The notes below the pieces were generated by a model. The model saw only the letters and a program-made list of their open reading frames with translations, did no database searches and was not told the DNA's origin. A stretch of 64,000 nt of DNA, taken from positions 12,111 to 76,110 of the forward strand of contig JBBTUN010000004.1 of the NCBI GenBank assembly GCA_038063735.1, in the 5' to 3' direction. Positions 9,114 to 18,822 of this stretch are shown piece by piece. The stretch's first letter is position 1; every line of letters starts with the position of its first letter. Origin of the DNA: Patescibacteria group bacterium (GTDB lineage Bacteria; Patescibacteriota; Microgenomatia; Curtissbacterales; GWA2-41-24). Made by a program: the position numbers and the translations under genes.

Positions 9114-9130
9114 ATCCCCCTATAGGGGAT
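9114..9130. promoter_or_regulatory. near-perfect palindrome ATCCCCCTATAGGGGAT overlapping the csoR RBS; candidate CsoR operator
   Basis: The 12-bp core CCCCTATAGGGG is a perfect palindrome lying 3-15 nt upstream of the csoR GTG start. Known CsoR operators are GC-run pseudo-palindromes of this type. Confidence 0.4.
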
Positions 9131-9221
9131 ATACTACAGCCTGGATCAAATTAAATCAAGTCAGGATGTGATTTTTACTCTGCTAATAAAAAAAGTTATA
9201 CAATTAAAATAATATTTTATA

Positions 9222-9854
9222 ATGAAAATTTCTCAATATCTACTAATAATATTTTTGCCAATTACGATAATTTTGTGCAATTTATTGCCTCTTGTATATA
9301 GCAATAGCTTCTACACAACTATATATAAAAAAGAAAATATTTATCAAAACTTCCGATCAACAATAGAAGTAGATAACGCCACAAAAGAATTAGTTAGTTA
9401 CTTTAGAGGACAAAATAACCTCGATGGCAATTTTTACTCAACACAGTCCATTTTGCACTTAACAGACGTTAAAAATATATTTGATGCTCTAATAATTATT
9501 AATGCCCTATCAATATTATCGGCTTTTGCAGCCTTTTTGTACCTTAATCTAAAAAAGAAAAGATCTGTGATTAGAAAATCCCTTATACTCGGATGTATAG
9601 TTGCGACGTGCTTTGTGCTTATTGCATTTATTTTGTCTTTGCTAAATTTTGACGCATTCTTTGTGTACTTTCACAAAGTCCTTTTTAGAAATGATCTTTG
9701 GTTATTCAACCAAAACGACAATCTAATTAAACTTTTTCCGATTGAATTTTTTATCGCTTTTACCAAACAACTAACTATCAACATATTAATTTCGGTTTTA
9801 CTTATACTATCAGTAGCTCATTTGCTACCGAAACATGATTCAACCACAATTTAA
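9222..9854 (+). CDS. DUF1461/TIGR01906-like integral membrane protein (possible lipoprotein intramolecular transacylase Lit-like)
   Basis: 210 aa with an N-terminal TM, an extracytoplasmic segment and a multi-TM C-terminal half, overlapping lgt by 20 nt. The family call comes from overall architecture and an HL.DVK-like motif only. Confidence 0.35.
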   Translation: MKISQYLLIIFLPITIILCNLLPLVYSNSFYTTIYKKENIYQNFRSTIEVDNATKELVSYFRGQNNLDGNFYSTQSILHLTDVKNIFDALIIINALSILSAFAAFLYLNLKKKRSVIRKSLILGCIVATCFVLIAFILSLLNFDAFFVYFHKVLFRNDLWLFNQNDNLIKLFPIEFFIAFTKQLTINILISVLLILSVAHLLPKHDSTTI

Positions 9855-10608
9855 TATAGGCCCGATCACCTTTCACCTCTACGGCTTCATAATTGCACTT
9901 GGAGCAGTAACAGGTTGGGTTATTGCTAAAAAAAGGGCAAAGTATTATAAAATTCCGGAAAAAATATTTGATGATTATTTTTTGCTTATACCTCTGATTT
10001 TGGCAGTGGTTGGAGCAAGAATTTATCATGTCTTGGACTACTGGGATTTTTATAAAACAAATTTTTTACAAGTGTTCTATATTCAAAACGGTGGCTTGGG
10101 CCTTTGGGGGGCAATTGCCGGAGGTATTTTAGGGTTGTTTTTGCTTTGCACTGTCAAAAAAATAAATTTTCTTGCAAGTCTTGACTTAATTGCTCCTTCG
10201 TTTGCACTTGCCCAGGCAATCGGCAGAATTGGTAATTATATTAACCAGGAGGGATTTGGTCCGCCTACAAATTTACCATGGAAAATTTTCATCGAGCCTC
10301 AAAACCGGCCATTAAGCTTTATTACCAGCAGTTATTTCCATCCAACATTTTTTTATGAGGCGTCACTGGACTTAATAATATTTGCTTCCCTGCTTTACTT
10401 TTCAAAAAAGGTAAAAGGAAACGGAAGAATTTTTGGTACCTATTTAATCCTTTATTCTACAATCAGGTTTTTTATTGAATTATTAAGAATTGATACTTGG
10501 GTTTTGGGGGGAGTAAAAGTAGCGCAAGTAATATCAATTTTTGGCATAATCGCGGGAATTTATCTTCTCATTGCAAAAAGTAAAACCAAGCCAAGCCGCT
10601 TAACGTAA
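9835..10608 (+). CDS. lgt: prolipoprotein diacylglyceryl transferase
   Basis: Carries the Lgt signature GRIGNYINQE(G/L)FG, the GARIYHV motif and a multi-TM topology. Confidence 0.9.
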   Translation: MIQPQFNIGPITFHLYGFIIALGAVTGWVIAKKRAKYYKIPEKIFDDYFLLIPLILAVVGARIYHVLDYWDFYKTNFLQVFYIQNGGLGLWGAIAGGILGLFLLCTVKKINFLASLDLIAPSFALAQAIGRIGNYINQEGFGPPTNLPWKIFIEPQNRPLSFITSSYFHPTFFYEASLDLIIFASLLYFSKKVKGNGRIFGTYLILYSTIRFFIELLRIDTWVLGGVKVAQVISIFGIIAGIYLLIAKSKTKPSRLT

Positions 10609-10625
10609 GCTAAAACACACGGCGC

Positions 10626-10654
10626 TTGACACAAATTAGCACTCATGGTATGCT
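10626..10654 (+). promoter_or_regulatory. sigma70-type promoter upstream of lon (-35 TTGACA, 17-nt spacer, -10 TATGCT)
   Basis: TTGACA at 10626-10631 and TATGCT at 10649-10654. It overlaps the CIRCE-like element at 10636-10663. Confidence 0.5.
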
Positions 10655-10663
10655 CTCTGCTAA
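10636..10663. promoter_or_regulatory. CIRCE-like inverted repeat (HrcA operator-like): TTAGCACTC-N9/10-(CTC)TGCTAA
   Basis: The left arm is a perfect 9/9 match to the CIRCE half-site TTAGCACTC. The right arm matches 6/9 (TGCTAA) at roughly the canonical spacing. It sits inside the lon promoter. Confidence 0.35.
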
Positions 10664-10745
10664 CAGGGGGTGCATAGATATCACAGGTTAGTGTTAGAAT
10701 ACAAGTGAACCTCGATACCATTGTGCTTACAGCTATTTAAAAAGT

Positions 10746-13166
10746 ATGGCAACTTTTATAGATCAACAAAAACCCAGGTTAAAAAGTGAGATACCAATTG
10801 TCCCCCTTAGGGATACAGTAGTTTTCCCGTCGTCCATGGTTCCTATAACTGTCGGCAGGCCAAAGGTTAAATTAGGCCTCGATTCGGCGTGGGCAAGCGA
10901 CCGGCTGGCAATATTTGTCGCTCAAAAAAATCCACGCATTGAAAATCCGGCTCCAAACGATATTTATTCTGTCGGCACAGTTGGTCTTATACGACGCCTT
11001 TGGAAAGTAGATAACGAATATAACCTGGCAGTAGAAGGTTTATCTCGGGTATATCTAAAAGAATTCAGCCAGATAGATCCCTATCTCGCTGTAAAAGTTG
11101 AAGAAATCCCGGAACTTTCCCAAAAAACAGAAGAAATTGAGGCACTCTTCAGAAACACCCTGGCAAAAATAAAGAAATATGGTGAGCTGGGCGGTGTTTT
11201 AACACTCGAGTCGTCAATCCACATATTTTCAACAGACGACCCAAATCAACTTGTAAATATTATTGCTGCCTCAATTGACCTTAAGACCACAGACAAACAG
11301 CAAATCCTGGAAATGACGGACACCAAGACCAGGCTTAACCGTCTGTCGGAGCTTTTAACACGCGAAATAAGAATTTTAGAAATCTCTTCAAAAATTGATA
11401 CCGAAACACAAGAAAGAGTAGGTAAAGTTACAAAAGAAGCAATACTTCGCGAAAAGATGAAATCTATAGAAAAAGAGCTCGGTGAAGATGACGACTCTAA
11501 AGAAATCGTAGAATTTAAAAAGAAAATTAAAGAAGCCACAATGCCCCAGGAAGTTAGACTCAAAGCAGAAAGAGAGTTAGCAAGGCTTGCAAAAATGTCC
11601 TCGTACAACCCGGAATCATCCTATATACGCACATATTTGGAGTGGCTTGTCGACCTACCATGGAAAGTAACTGATAAAAGACACGCCGATGTCGATCTGG
11701 CTGCAAAGGTTCTCGACGAAGATCACTACGGTTTGCCAAAAGTAAAAGAAAGAATCCTCGAATACCTCGCGGTGCATAAGTTAGTTGGCAAAATAAGAGG
11801 CCCAATTTTGTGTTTTTACGGTCCACCTGGCGTTGGGAAAACCTCAATAGGTAAATCGATCGCCCGGGCGCTCGGTAGAAAATTCATAAGAGTATCTTTG
11901 GGAGGTGTCCATGATGAAGCGGAGATTAGAGGCCACAGAAGAACGTATGTTGGTGCTCTTCCCGGAAGGATCATACAAGGTATTAAGAATTCCGGAGCAA
12001 AAAACCCGGTCTTTATGCTGGACGAAATCGATAAAATCGGAACAGACTTTAGAGGTGATCCTTCGTCTGCACTTCTTGAAGCTCTGGACCCGGAGCAAAA
12101 CAACTCTTTCTCGGATCATTATTTGGAAGTTGCTTACGACCTTTCGGATGTCATGTTTATAACAACTGCAAATGTTCTTGACACAATTCCACCGGCGCTT
12201 CGTGACCGGTTAGAAATCATTAACTTCCCGGGCTACACAGAGGAAGAGAAATTTCAAATCGCTAAAAAGTTCTTAGCGGGCAAACAACTGGAAGCACATG
12301 GTCTTAAAAGTAGTCAACTGGAAATTACAGACGCAGCTCTTAAAGAAATAATTTCCAAATACACCAGAGAAGCAGGAGTAAGGGAACTTGAGCGAGAAAT
12401 TGCGGCAGTACTTAGAAAAGTTGCCAAAAAACTCGCGTCCAACAAGTATCAGGGAAACAAAATTATTAAAATTGGACCAAGACAACTTAAAACCTACCTT
12501 GGCGCGCATAAATATTCAAAAACCATTGCCGAAAAACAAGACGAGGTGGGTATGTCGACAGGATTGTCCGTAACATCGGCAGGTGGAGAGATACTCTTCG
12601 TGGAGGTTACGCCAATGCCAGGGAAAGGCGCACTAATCCTAACGGGTCAACTGGGTAATGTTATGAAAGAATCAGCCCAAGCTGCCCTGTCCTATGTAAA
12701 GTCCAGAGCCAAGGTTCTGGGAATATCAGAAAGCAAGGTATTTAAAACGGACATTCACATTCATGTCCCCGAAGGCGCCGTTCCTAAAGAAGGCCCATCT
12801 GCAGGTATTGCAATAACTACGGCGCTAGTTAGTGCTCTAACCAAAATTCCCATAAGACGCGAAGTTGGTATGACCGGTGAAGTAACGCTAAGGGGTAGAG
12901 TACTGGAAATTGGCGGAGTGAAGGAAAAAATTCTTGCTGCCCACAGGGCAGGCTTAACAACAATAATTTTGCCAAAAGCAAACGCCAAGGATTTGGAAGA
13001 TATCCCCAAAAATGTCAAGCGAGACCTGCAATTCATTTTGGCAGAACATATGGACGAGGTACTTAAAGTTGCCCTAAAAAAAGCCTTACTGCAAGACAAA
13101 ACCTCTGTAAAAGTAGCAGACACAAAAGAAGAGGCCGAGATATTTCCAGCTCCAAGCACGAACTAA
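10746..13166 (+). CDS. lon: ATP-dependent Lon protease (LonA type)
   Basis: Lon N-terminal domain, an AAA+ module with Walker A GPPGVGKTS, and a C-terminal S16 protease domain with the catalytic PKEGPSAGIAITTALVS motif. Confidence 0.95.
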   Translation: MATFIDQQKPRLKSEIPIVPLRDTVVFPSSMVPITVGRPKVKLGLDSAWASDRLAIFVAQKNPRIENPAPNDIYSVGTVGLIRRLWKVDNEYNLAVEGLSRVYLKEFSQIDPYLAVKVEEIPELSQKTEEIEALFRNTLAKIKKYGELGGVLTLESSIHIFSTDDPNQLVNIIAASIDLKTTDKQQILEMTDTKTRLNRLSELLTREIRILEISSKIDTETQERVGKVTKEAILREKMKSIEKELGEDDDSKEIVEFKKKIKEATMPQEVRLKAERELARLAKMSSYNPESSYIRTYLEWLVDLPWKVTDKRHADVDLAAKVLDEDHYGLPKVKERILEYLAVHKLVGKIRGPILCFYGPPGVGKTSIGKSIARALGRKFIRVSLGGVHDEAEIRGHRRTYVGALPGRIIQGIKNSGAKNPVFMLDEIDKIGTDFRGDPSSALLEALDPEQNNSFSDHYLEVAYDLSDVMFITTANVLDTIPPALRDRLEIINFPGYTEEEKFQIAKKFLAGKQLEAHGLKSSQLEITDAALKEIISKYTREAGVRELEREIAAVLRKVAKKLASNKYQGNKIIKIGPRQLKTYLGAHKYSKTIAEKQDEVGMSTGLSVTSAGGEILFVEVTPMPGKGALILTGQLGNVMKESAQAALSYVKSRAKVLGISESKVFKTDIHIHVPEGAVPKEGPSAGIAITTALVSALTKIPIRREVGMTGEVTLRGRVLEIGGVKEKILAAHRAGLTTIILPKANAKDLEDIPKNVKRDLQFILAEHMDEVLKVALKKALLQDKTSVKVADTKEEAEIFPAPSTN

Positions 13167-13219
13167 AAAGCTTGCATACTTTCTAACAATTTTGTTATGA
13201 TTCCTGACAAAATCCGTCC

Positions 13220-15238
13220 ATGAACTTTTTTCACTTAAGTCCTGAACTGGCTCTGCCTTTTGCCTTGGCTGCAGCAACTGCAGCTATTTTGTATGGAGTT
13301 ATCACATCTTTTAGGATCATTTCAATGGATGCAGGCAACGCAAAAATGCGTCAAATTGCAGACGCCATTTCCGAAGGGGCTTCTGCATATCTCACTCGTC
13401 AATATTCGGTAATTGCAATTGTTGCGGCAGTAATATTTATTGCATTAACCTTCCTACTTTCTCTTCAAACCGCAATTGGATTTTTAATTGGAGCCATAGC
13501 GTCATCAGCATCCGGTTTTATCGGAATGAACATTTCGGTAAGAGCAAACGTAAGAACAACCCAGGCGGCAAGACAGGGCATAGCGAAGGCACTTTCTGTC
13601 GCTTTTGCAGGTGGCTCTGTTACCGGCTTTTTAGTGGTCGGACTTGCACTGCTCTCTGTTGCTGGTTATTACGGTGCAACGGGAGATATTCAGGGATTAA
13701 TAGGGCTGGGTTTTGGAGGTTCATTAATCTCAATTTTTGCTCGTCTTGGAGGAGGAATTTTTACAAAAGGTGCTGATGTTGGAGCAGATTTGGTTGGAAA
13801 AATGGAAGCCGGTATCCCAGAAGACGACCCAAGAAACCCGGCAGTAATTGCAGACAATGTCGGTGACAATGTGGGAGATTGTGCAGGTATGGCCGCAGAC
13901 CTTTTTGAAACATACACAGTTACACTTGTTGCCGCAATGCTATTGGGTTCAATATTATTTCCAAATTCCCTTAACGCTATTTTGTACCCTTTGGCACTTG
14001 GTGGGGTTGCAATTATCGCCTCAATTATCGCGACTTTCTTCACAAAACTGCCAAAGAATAAAAGTATAATGGGTGCCCTTTACGCCGGTTTGATTGTTGC
14101 AGCAGCACTTTCTGTACTAGGATTTTACCCAATAACTATCATTATGATGAATGCGAACGGTTTAATAGATCCCGTGAACATTTACTTTTCCAGCGTAGTT
14201 GGAATTGTAGTAACTATGTTAATTGTGCTAATTACAGAATATTACACGGCAACTAAATTTAATCCGGTTAAATCCATTGCCCTTGCGTCAACAACCGGTC
14301 ACGCAACAAACATAATGGCAGGCCTTGCGGTTTCCTTAAGATCTACATTTTTGCCAATTGTTGTTATTAGTTTGGGCATTCTTTGCGCTTTTTCTTTAGC
14401 TGGTCTTTACGGAATTGCAGTTGCTGCAATGGCCCTTCTTTCTCTAGCCGGAATAATCATCGCAATCGACGCTTATGGCCCAATCACAGATAATGCAGGT
14501 GGCATTGCAGAAATGGCCCAGCTTCCAAAAGAAGTTCGTGATGTAACAGATCCACTGGACGCTGTTGGCAACACAACCAAAGCAATCACAAAAGGTTATG
14601 CAATTGCGTCAGCTGCCTTGGCTGCGCTGGTTTTATTTGCCGCTTATGCGCAGGATTTGGCCAAAGCAGGGTTCAGTGTAGAATTTTCAATAACAGATCC
14701 TTACGTTGTTATTGGTCTTTTCCTTGGTGCGTCACTACCTTTTCTGTTTGCCTCCTATGCCATGGAAGCCGTTCAGAAAGCAGGAGGAGCGGTTGTTGAG
14801 GAAGTTCGGCGCCAATTTAAAGAAATACCTGGAATACTCTCTGGAAAAGGCAAGCCGGAGTATGATAAAGCTGTGGATATCGTCACCAAAAAAGCCATTC
14901 AGCTAATGATTGTCCCCGCGCTTATTCCAGTTCTTGCCCCAATTGTCGTTGGTCTAACTTTAGGGCCAAAGGCTCTTGGCGGCTTACTAATGGGGTCAAT
15001 TATTTCAGGAATCTTTGTTGCTGTTTCCATGACAACGGGCGGAGCCGCATGGGATAACGCCAAAAAATATATAGAAGCGGGAAATTACGGCGGAAAGGGG
15101 TCAAATGCCCACAAAGCAGCTGTTACCGGGGATACAGTTGGAGACCCCTACAAAGACACTGCAGGACCGGCAATTAATCCTATGATAAAGATTATTAATA
15201 TAATTGCCCTTCTTTTAATACCCTTTTTAACTCAATAA
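13220..15238 (+). CDS. hppA: membrane-bound proton-translocating pyrophosphatase (K+-independent type)
   Basis: Roughly 16 TM helices and the [21 protein letters not shown] signature. A GNTTKA motif (Lys rather than Ala) predicts K+ independence. Confidence 0.9.
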   Translation: MNFFHLSPELALPFALAAATAAILYGVITSFRIISMDAGNAKMRQIADAISEGASAYLTRQYSVIAIVAAVIFIALTFLLSLQTAIGFLIGAIASSASGFIGMNISVRANVRTTQAARQGIAKALSVAFAGGSVTGFLVVGLALLSVAGYYGATGDIQGLIGLGFGGSLISIFARLGGGIFTKGADVGADLVGKMEAGIPEDDPRNPAVIADNVGDNVGDCAGMAADLFETYTVTLVAAMLLGSILFPNSLNAILYPLALGGVAIIASIIATFFTKLPKNKSIMGALYAGLIVAAALSVLGFYPITIIMMNANGLIDPVNIYFSSVVGIVVTMLIVLITEYYTATKFNPVKSIALASTTGHATNIMAGLAVSLRSTFLPIVVISLGILCAFSLAGLYGIAVAAMALLSLAGIIIAIDAYGPITDNAGGIAEMAQLPKEVRDVTDPLDAVGNTTKAITKGYAIASAALAALVLFAAYAQDLAKAGFSVEFSITDPYVVIGLFLGASLPFLFASYAMEAVQKAGGAVVEEVRRQFKEIPGILSGKGKPEYDKAVDIVTKKAIQLMIVPALIPVLAPIVVGLTLGPKALGGLLMGSIISGIFVAVSMTTGGAAWDNAKKYIEAGNYGGKGSNAHKAAVTGDTVGDPYKDTAGPAINPMIKIINIIALLLIPFLTQ

Positions 15239-15912
15239 ATAATTCTTCTAGGTTTGGTGGAAGAACTTGACTCAATAACCAGAGATGGTTGCGGAGAAGG
15301 ATTAGGAGATACTATTGGGTCACTATCAAAATCAGTTAAAACTTTATACCTTCCCTTAAGTCCTGGCTTCATTTCGTCAAGACCGCTTACGAATTTGCTA
15401 AATGAGGCGATACCTCTATCCAGCGCACCATTTTTGACACCATTTTGTTCGCCATCGTTTTCAAGAGCAACTAGAATTGTTTCTTGATATCCTAAATTAG
15501 CTGCAATTTTTTCAACAATTGGTAATATCTCTTGATTTTGAGACCTTGCTTTGAACAATTGGTCTTCCGTTCTAACTAACGCCTTACCGTATGCGCTCAT
15601 CGCATTGCCCATGCCTTTATAATCCCCACTTCTTGCAAGCAAGTACGCCTCCTTCAACCTTTTTGAAGAAAGCACATAATCAAATTGTGCCCGATCACGG
15701 CTTGAAGCTTTAAAAAACCTTGAAAATAACTCTTTTGTGCGAACAAGATAATAAAAAAAGCTTGTCGGTAAAAATCTAACGTGTGTGGTATTGTCAAGAG
15801 CCTCATTTACTTGCCCGCCAGTTACCTGGTCGTATTTAATGTCCTGGGCAAAGACGAAAGACGAGTTTAAAAGAAGTGCAGCAGCTATAACACAGACAAT
15901 AAAATACCTCAT
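15232..15912 (-). CDS. hypothetical secreted protein (signal peptide [23 protein letters not shown])
   Basis: Long ORF with a clear signal peptide and a Ser/Pro-rich C-terminus. It is convergent with hppA. No family was recognised. Confidence 0.45.
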   Translation of the reverse strand: MRYFIVCVIAAALLLNSSFVFAQDIKYDQVTGGQVNEALDNTTHVRFLPTSFFYYLVRTKELFSRFFKASSRDRAQFDYVLSSKRLKEAYLLARSGDYKGMGNAMSAYGKALVRTEDQLFKARSQNQEILPIVEKIAANLGYQETILVALENDGEQNGVKNGALDRGIASFSKFVSGLDEMKPGLKGRYKVLTDFDSDPIVSPNPSPQPSLVIESSSSTKPRRIIY

Positions 15913-15940
15913 TTAAAATATCTTTTTACTAACAAGAAAA

Positions 15941-16016
15941 TGGTAGCTCCAACGGGAATCGAACCCGTGTTGCCAGATTGAGAATCTGGAGTCCTAGGCC
16001 ACTAGACGATGGAGCC
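15941..16016 (-). tRNA. tRNA-Glu (anticodon CTC), 76 nt with encoded CCA
   Basis: The reverse complement folds as a cloverleaf and aligns position-by-position with E. coli tRNA-Glu. The anticodon loop is TTCTCAA. Confidence 0.85.
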
Positions 16017-16030
16017 CTAAGCAAAAACCA

Positions 16031-16060
16031 ATTATATAAAAAACCGGTTGCTCTAAGCAA
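16031..16060 (-). promoter_or_regulatory. promoter for tRNA-Glu (minus strand: -35 TTGCTT, 18-nt spacer, -10 TATAAT)
   Basis: On the minus strand it reads TTGCTT-N18-TATAAT, ending about 13 nt upstream of the mature tRNA 5' end. Confidence 0.45.
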
Positions 16061-16116
16061 TAAATTGGCGCTAGAAATAGTTGACCTGTTGTGATAACAT
16101 AGCCACTCCTTAACCA

Positions 16117-16941
16117 ATGGGTACGCCAATGTCAGAACCCACTTTCAGAGCAATTTTCAACCAAAACCAGCTTCGTACAATCAGGCAAGTTGCAAGACAA
16201 GCTAACTGGCCGATGACGTTTGATTTGGGAAATCCCCGAGGAGATATGCCTGAAGGTGAAGAACTTTATCGAGGGAGAATAGTAGGTTCATCTGAAGGTG
16301 AAATAATTGCCCTTAGATCGCAAGACATGATTGATAATATTGCAGAAGGCAGGTTTGATTTTGCTGCCATTGGTAGCGATGTAGTCGAAGAATTTTTTAA
16401 CCACAGATTTATAGAACTGGGACGCATACCTGTCGGGCGCAAACTACCCCCAATAAGGCCTAGACTAGAACTTGCTGCCCTGGCAACATCGAAGGTTAGT
16501 AATCCTGAAGAGATTCCTGATGGTTCTATAGTGATGTCGGAAAGAGAAAGAATAACAAAGAAGTATTTTGAAGATAGAGGTAGAAGGGTTCTAGTGAAAT
16601 CACCTCATGAAGACATGCTGGAATTCAGAGAAAAAGTAATGCAGCCAAATACCATTGGTATCAGATTAATCCTGGGAACAGGCCCGGTTCAGCTCGAACC
16701 TTACGCTCCGGATTCATACTTTTTGATCATGGTCAACGAAGAAGGTAGTACGATAAACGATTACCACCTCAAAGTTATTGATAAAATTCGTGATATTGAC
16801 ACAGTATTTCTAACAACAGAAAGGTCAATGACCAGTGATCAAACAAGAGGGTCAGTATTACAGCTTGCTCGAGAGCTTGAACAAACGTTTTTTAGAATAA
16901 AAGGAGAATATGAAGCCAGCGGACAAAAAGAGAGACAATGA
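16117..16941 (+). CDS. ATP phosphoribosyltransferase (HisG)-like protein
   Basis: The N-terminal half aligns with HisG (RIVGSSEGEIIALRSQDMIDNIAEGRFDFAAIGSDVVEE vs E. coli [42 protein letters not shown]). No other his genes are present in the window. Confidence 0.4.
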   Translation: MGTPMSEPTFRAIFNQNQLRTIRQVARQANWPMTFDLGNPRGDMPEGEELYRGRIVGSSEGEIIALRSQDMIDNIAEGRFDFAAIGSDVVEEFFNHRFIELGRIPVGRKLPPIRPRLELAALATSKVSNPEEIPDGSIVMSERERITKKYFEDRGRRVLVKSPHEDMLEFREKVMQPNTIGIRLILGTGPVQLEPYAPDSYFLIMVNEEGSTINDYHLKVIDKIRDIDTVFLTTERSMTSDQTRGSVLQLARELEQTFFRIKGEYEASGQKERQ

Positions 16942-16974
16942 TTATTCTTGACAAACACTTAAGTTAGCAATAAA

Positions 16975-17463
16975 ATGCGTTTCCCTGCTTACATGCAAAG
17001 CGTAAATAAGAAATTTATATTAACTAAAGAAGGCCTTAATAACTTACGGGAAGAGTACCACGAATTAATCTCCATACAAAGACCGGCAATCACCAGACGA
17101 ATCCAAAACGCCAGAGAATTCGGTGATCTGGCGGAAAACTCAGAATACGACGCAGCCAAAGAAGAGCAATCTCTAATTGAAGCGCGTATTGCTCAACTAG
17201 AGGCCGTCTTACCAAAAGCTCAAATTATTTCTCAGCCGCAAATAACAGATTTTGTGGTAATTGGATCCACGGTAGTTGTTGAAATGAATGACGAGATACA
17301 TGAATTTCAAATAGTGGGTTCAATGGAAGCAGACCCTACAGCCAAAAAAATATCCAACGAATCTCCGGTAGGAAAAGCACTTTTAGGTTTAAGAGCCCAA
17401 GAAGCCATACGGGTTGCCTTCGGACCTGTACAAAGCAAGATTAAAGTCCTCGAGATCAGATGA
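16975..17463 (+). CDS. greA: transcription elongation factor GreA
   Basis: Coiled-coil N-terminus with GDLAENSEYDAAKEEQ and a C-terminal FKBP-like domain (ISNESPVGKALLG). Confidence 0.9.
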   Translation: MRFPAYMQSVNKKFILTKEGLNNLREEYHELISIQRPAITRRIQNAREFGDLAENSEYDAAKEEQSLIEARIAQLEAVLPKAQIISQPQITDFVVIGSTVVVEMNDEIHEFQIVGSMEADPTAKKISNESPVGKALLGLRAQEAIRVAFGPVQSKIKVLEIR

Positions 17464-18821
17464 GCCTTTCCCCTCCGATTGTTAACTTTCCAGTTAAAGA
17501 CCTGGATTTAAATTCTAACGAAAAACAAGTTCTGGATTTACTTGTTGAGGCGGCAAGGTTAGTAGCACCAATTTACCAGGAGCAAGAAAACATAAAGCAA
17601 CTTGGCGCAAATTTCTATCCACACGACGCAACCAAAGAAGAAATTTTAAAAGCGGCTAAGGTTGATCCCCAAATCTTTTCTCCATACACTATGGTGGAAA
17701 GAGATTCAAAAGGCAAATTAATAGCCCTCCCTTATCACATTAAATTTAAAGCTTACCTTAATAAGATTTCAAAACTTATAGACAAAGCCGCATCTATAAC
17801 CGAAAACCATGCTTTTGCACATAGGTTATCACATTTGGCTCACTCGCTACTGGACGGCAATTACGAACTAAGTGACATTTACTGGACAACAATGAAACCT
17901 TATAAAATCGACATCGCACTTGGTCCAATAGACAGGCTCGACGATAGAATGTTTTTTAAAAAGGCATCTTATGAAGCTTGGGTGGGAATCATTGACGAGC
18001 CAAAAACCGAGCGTGCTAAGTTCCTGCAAAAGTCGATTTACGAAGTAAGAAGAAAAACCTTCACGCCATCAGAAAAAGCTAACTTTTTGGACAAAACAAA
18101 ACTACGGGTAGACAGAACGCTACTTTTCTCAGGCCTTTTTGCCAGGGGAATGTATACATCAAATAGTTTGCCTGTAGACCCGATTTTAATGGAAAAATAT
18201 GGCATAATAATAACTTTTTTTGACACCAGCCTCAGCGTAAAATTCAAAAACCAACACTTACCAATCTTCGAAAAAATTTTTGAGAAAGAATTTCAATCGG
18301 ACTACTCCCCAGACCTTTTAAAAGAAGGCTCTTTTCGCAATGTACTACTTCACGAAATTGGCCACTCGCTCTTAAGGTACAAGGACGCAGAAGAAAGGCT
18401 CAAGGAGCTATTTCCGATTATCGACGAGCTTTCGGCAACCATTTATGGCATAAAATGCTGCGGGTCTCTTGTCCTCAAAGGAATAATGTCTGAAAAAGAA
18501 CTAGAGGCCATTATGATTATGTTCGTCTGCCGTGCATTCACTTGGTGGATAGATTCAAAAACCCACCCATCCTCAGAGGCTTTTGCCATTGGCCACGCTG
18601 TAGCGCTCAACCATTTCATACAAAGCGGTGCATTGCGAGAAGCAGATGGGATTTCTTGGCCAAACTTTAACAAAATGTTCTTAGCCATCGAAGAACTATC
18701 GGATGACCTTGAAAGGCTGATTTCTACCGGTAACTATCACGATTCAAAGGCATATATTGATAAATATGGGTCATTTATGGTATATTCTCGCTTCACATCA
18801 CGCCTAAAAGGCTTAGTTTAA
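17460..18821 (+). CDS. hypothetical protein with an HEXXH zinc-metallopeptidase-like motif (LLHEIGHSLL)
   Basis: 453-aa soluble protein with the motif HEIGH about 300 residues in. It is start/stop-coupled to the next ORF. No family could be assigned by eye; an M32/M49-like fold is possible. Confidence 0.4.
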   Translation: MSLSPPIVNFPVKDLDLNSNEKQVLDLLVEAARLVAPIYQEQENIKQLGANFYPHDATKEEILKAAKVDPQIFSPYTMVERDSKGKLIALPYHIKFKAYLNKISKLIDKAASITENHAFAHRLSHLAHSLLDGNYELSDIYWTTMKPYKIDIALGPIDRLDDRMFFKKASYEAWVGIIDEPKTERAKFLQKSIYEVRRKTFTPSEKANFLDKTKLRVDRTLLFSGLFARGMYTSNSLPVDPILMEKYGIIITFFDTSLSVKFKNQHLPIFEKIFEKEFQSDYSPDLLKEGSFRNVLLHEIGHSLLRYKDAEERLKELFPIIDELSATIYGIKCCGSLVLKGIMSEKELEAIMIMFVCRAFTWWIDSKTHPSSEAFAIGHAVALNHFIQSGALREADGISWPNFNKMFLAIEELSDDLERLISTGNYHDSKAYIDKYGSFMVYSRFTSRLKGLV

Positions 18822-18822
18822 A

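Noticed and set aside
9216-9221. TATAAT hexamers immediately abutting the ATG of ORFs at 9222 and 40074
   Set aside because: In AT-rich DNA such hexamers occur by chance. Without transcription start data I did not annotate leaderless promoters.
11246-12162. Several 85-120-aa ORFs antisense or out-of-frame within lon
   Set aside because: They are fully contained in the well-supported lon CDS, have low-complexity Ser/Leu-rich translations and no RBS. They are typical shadow ORFs.
13690-14069. Antisense and alternative-frame ORFs inside hppA
   Set aside because: They are embedded in the highly conserved hppA reading frame. The translations are Pro/Ser-rich nonsense.
15929-16129. 66-aa minus-strand ORF overlapping the tRNA-Glu gene
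   Set aside because: It overlaps a structurally perfect tRNA and its promoter. The ORF is spurious.
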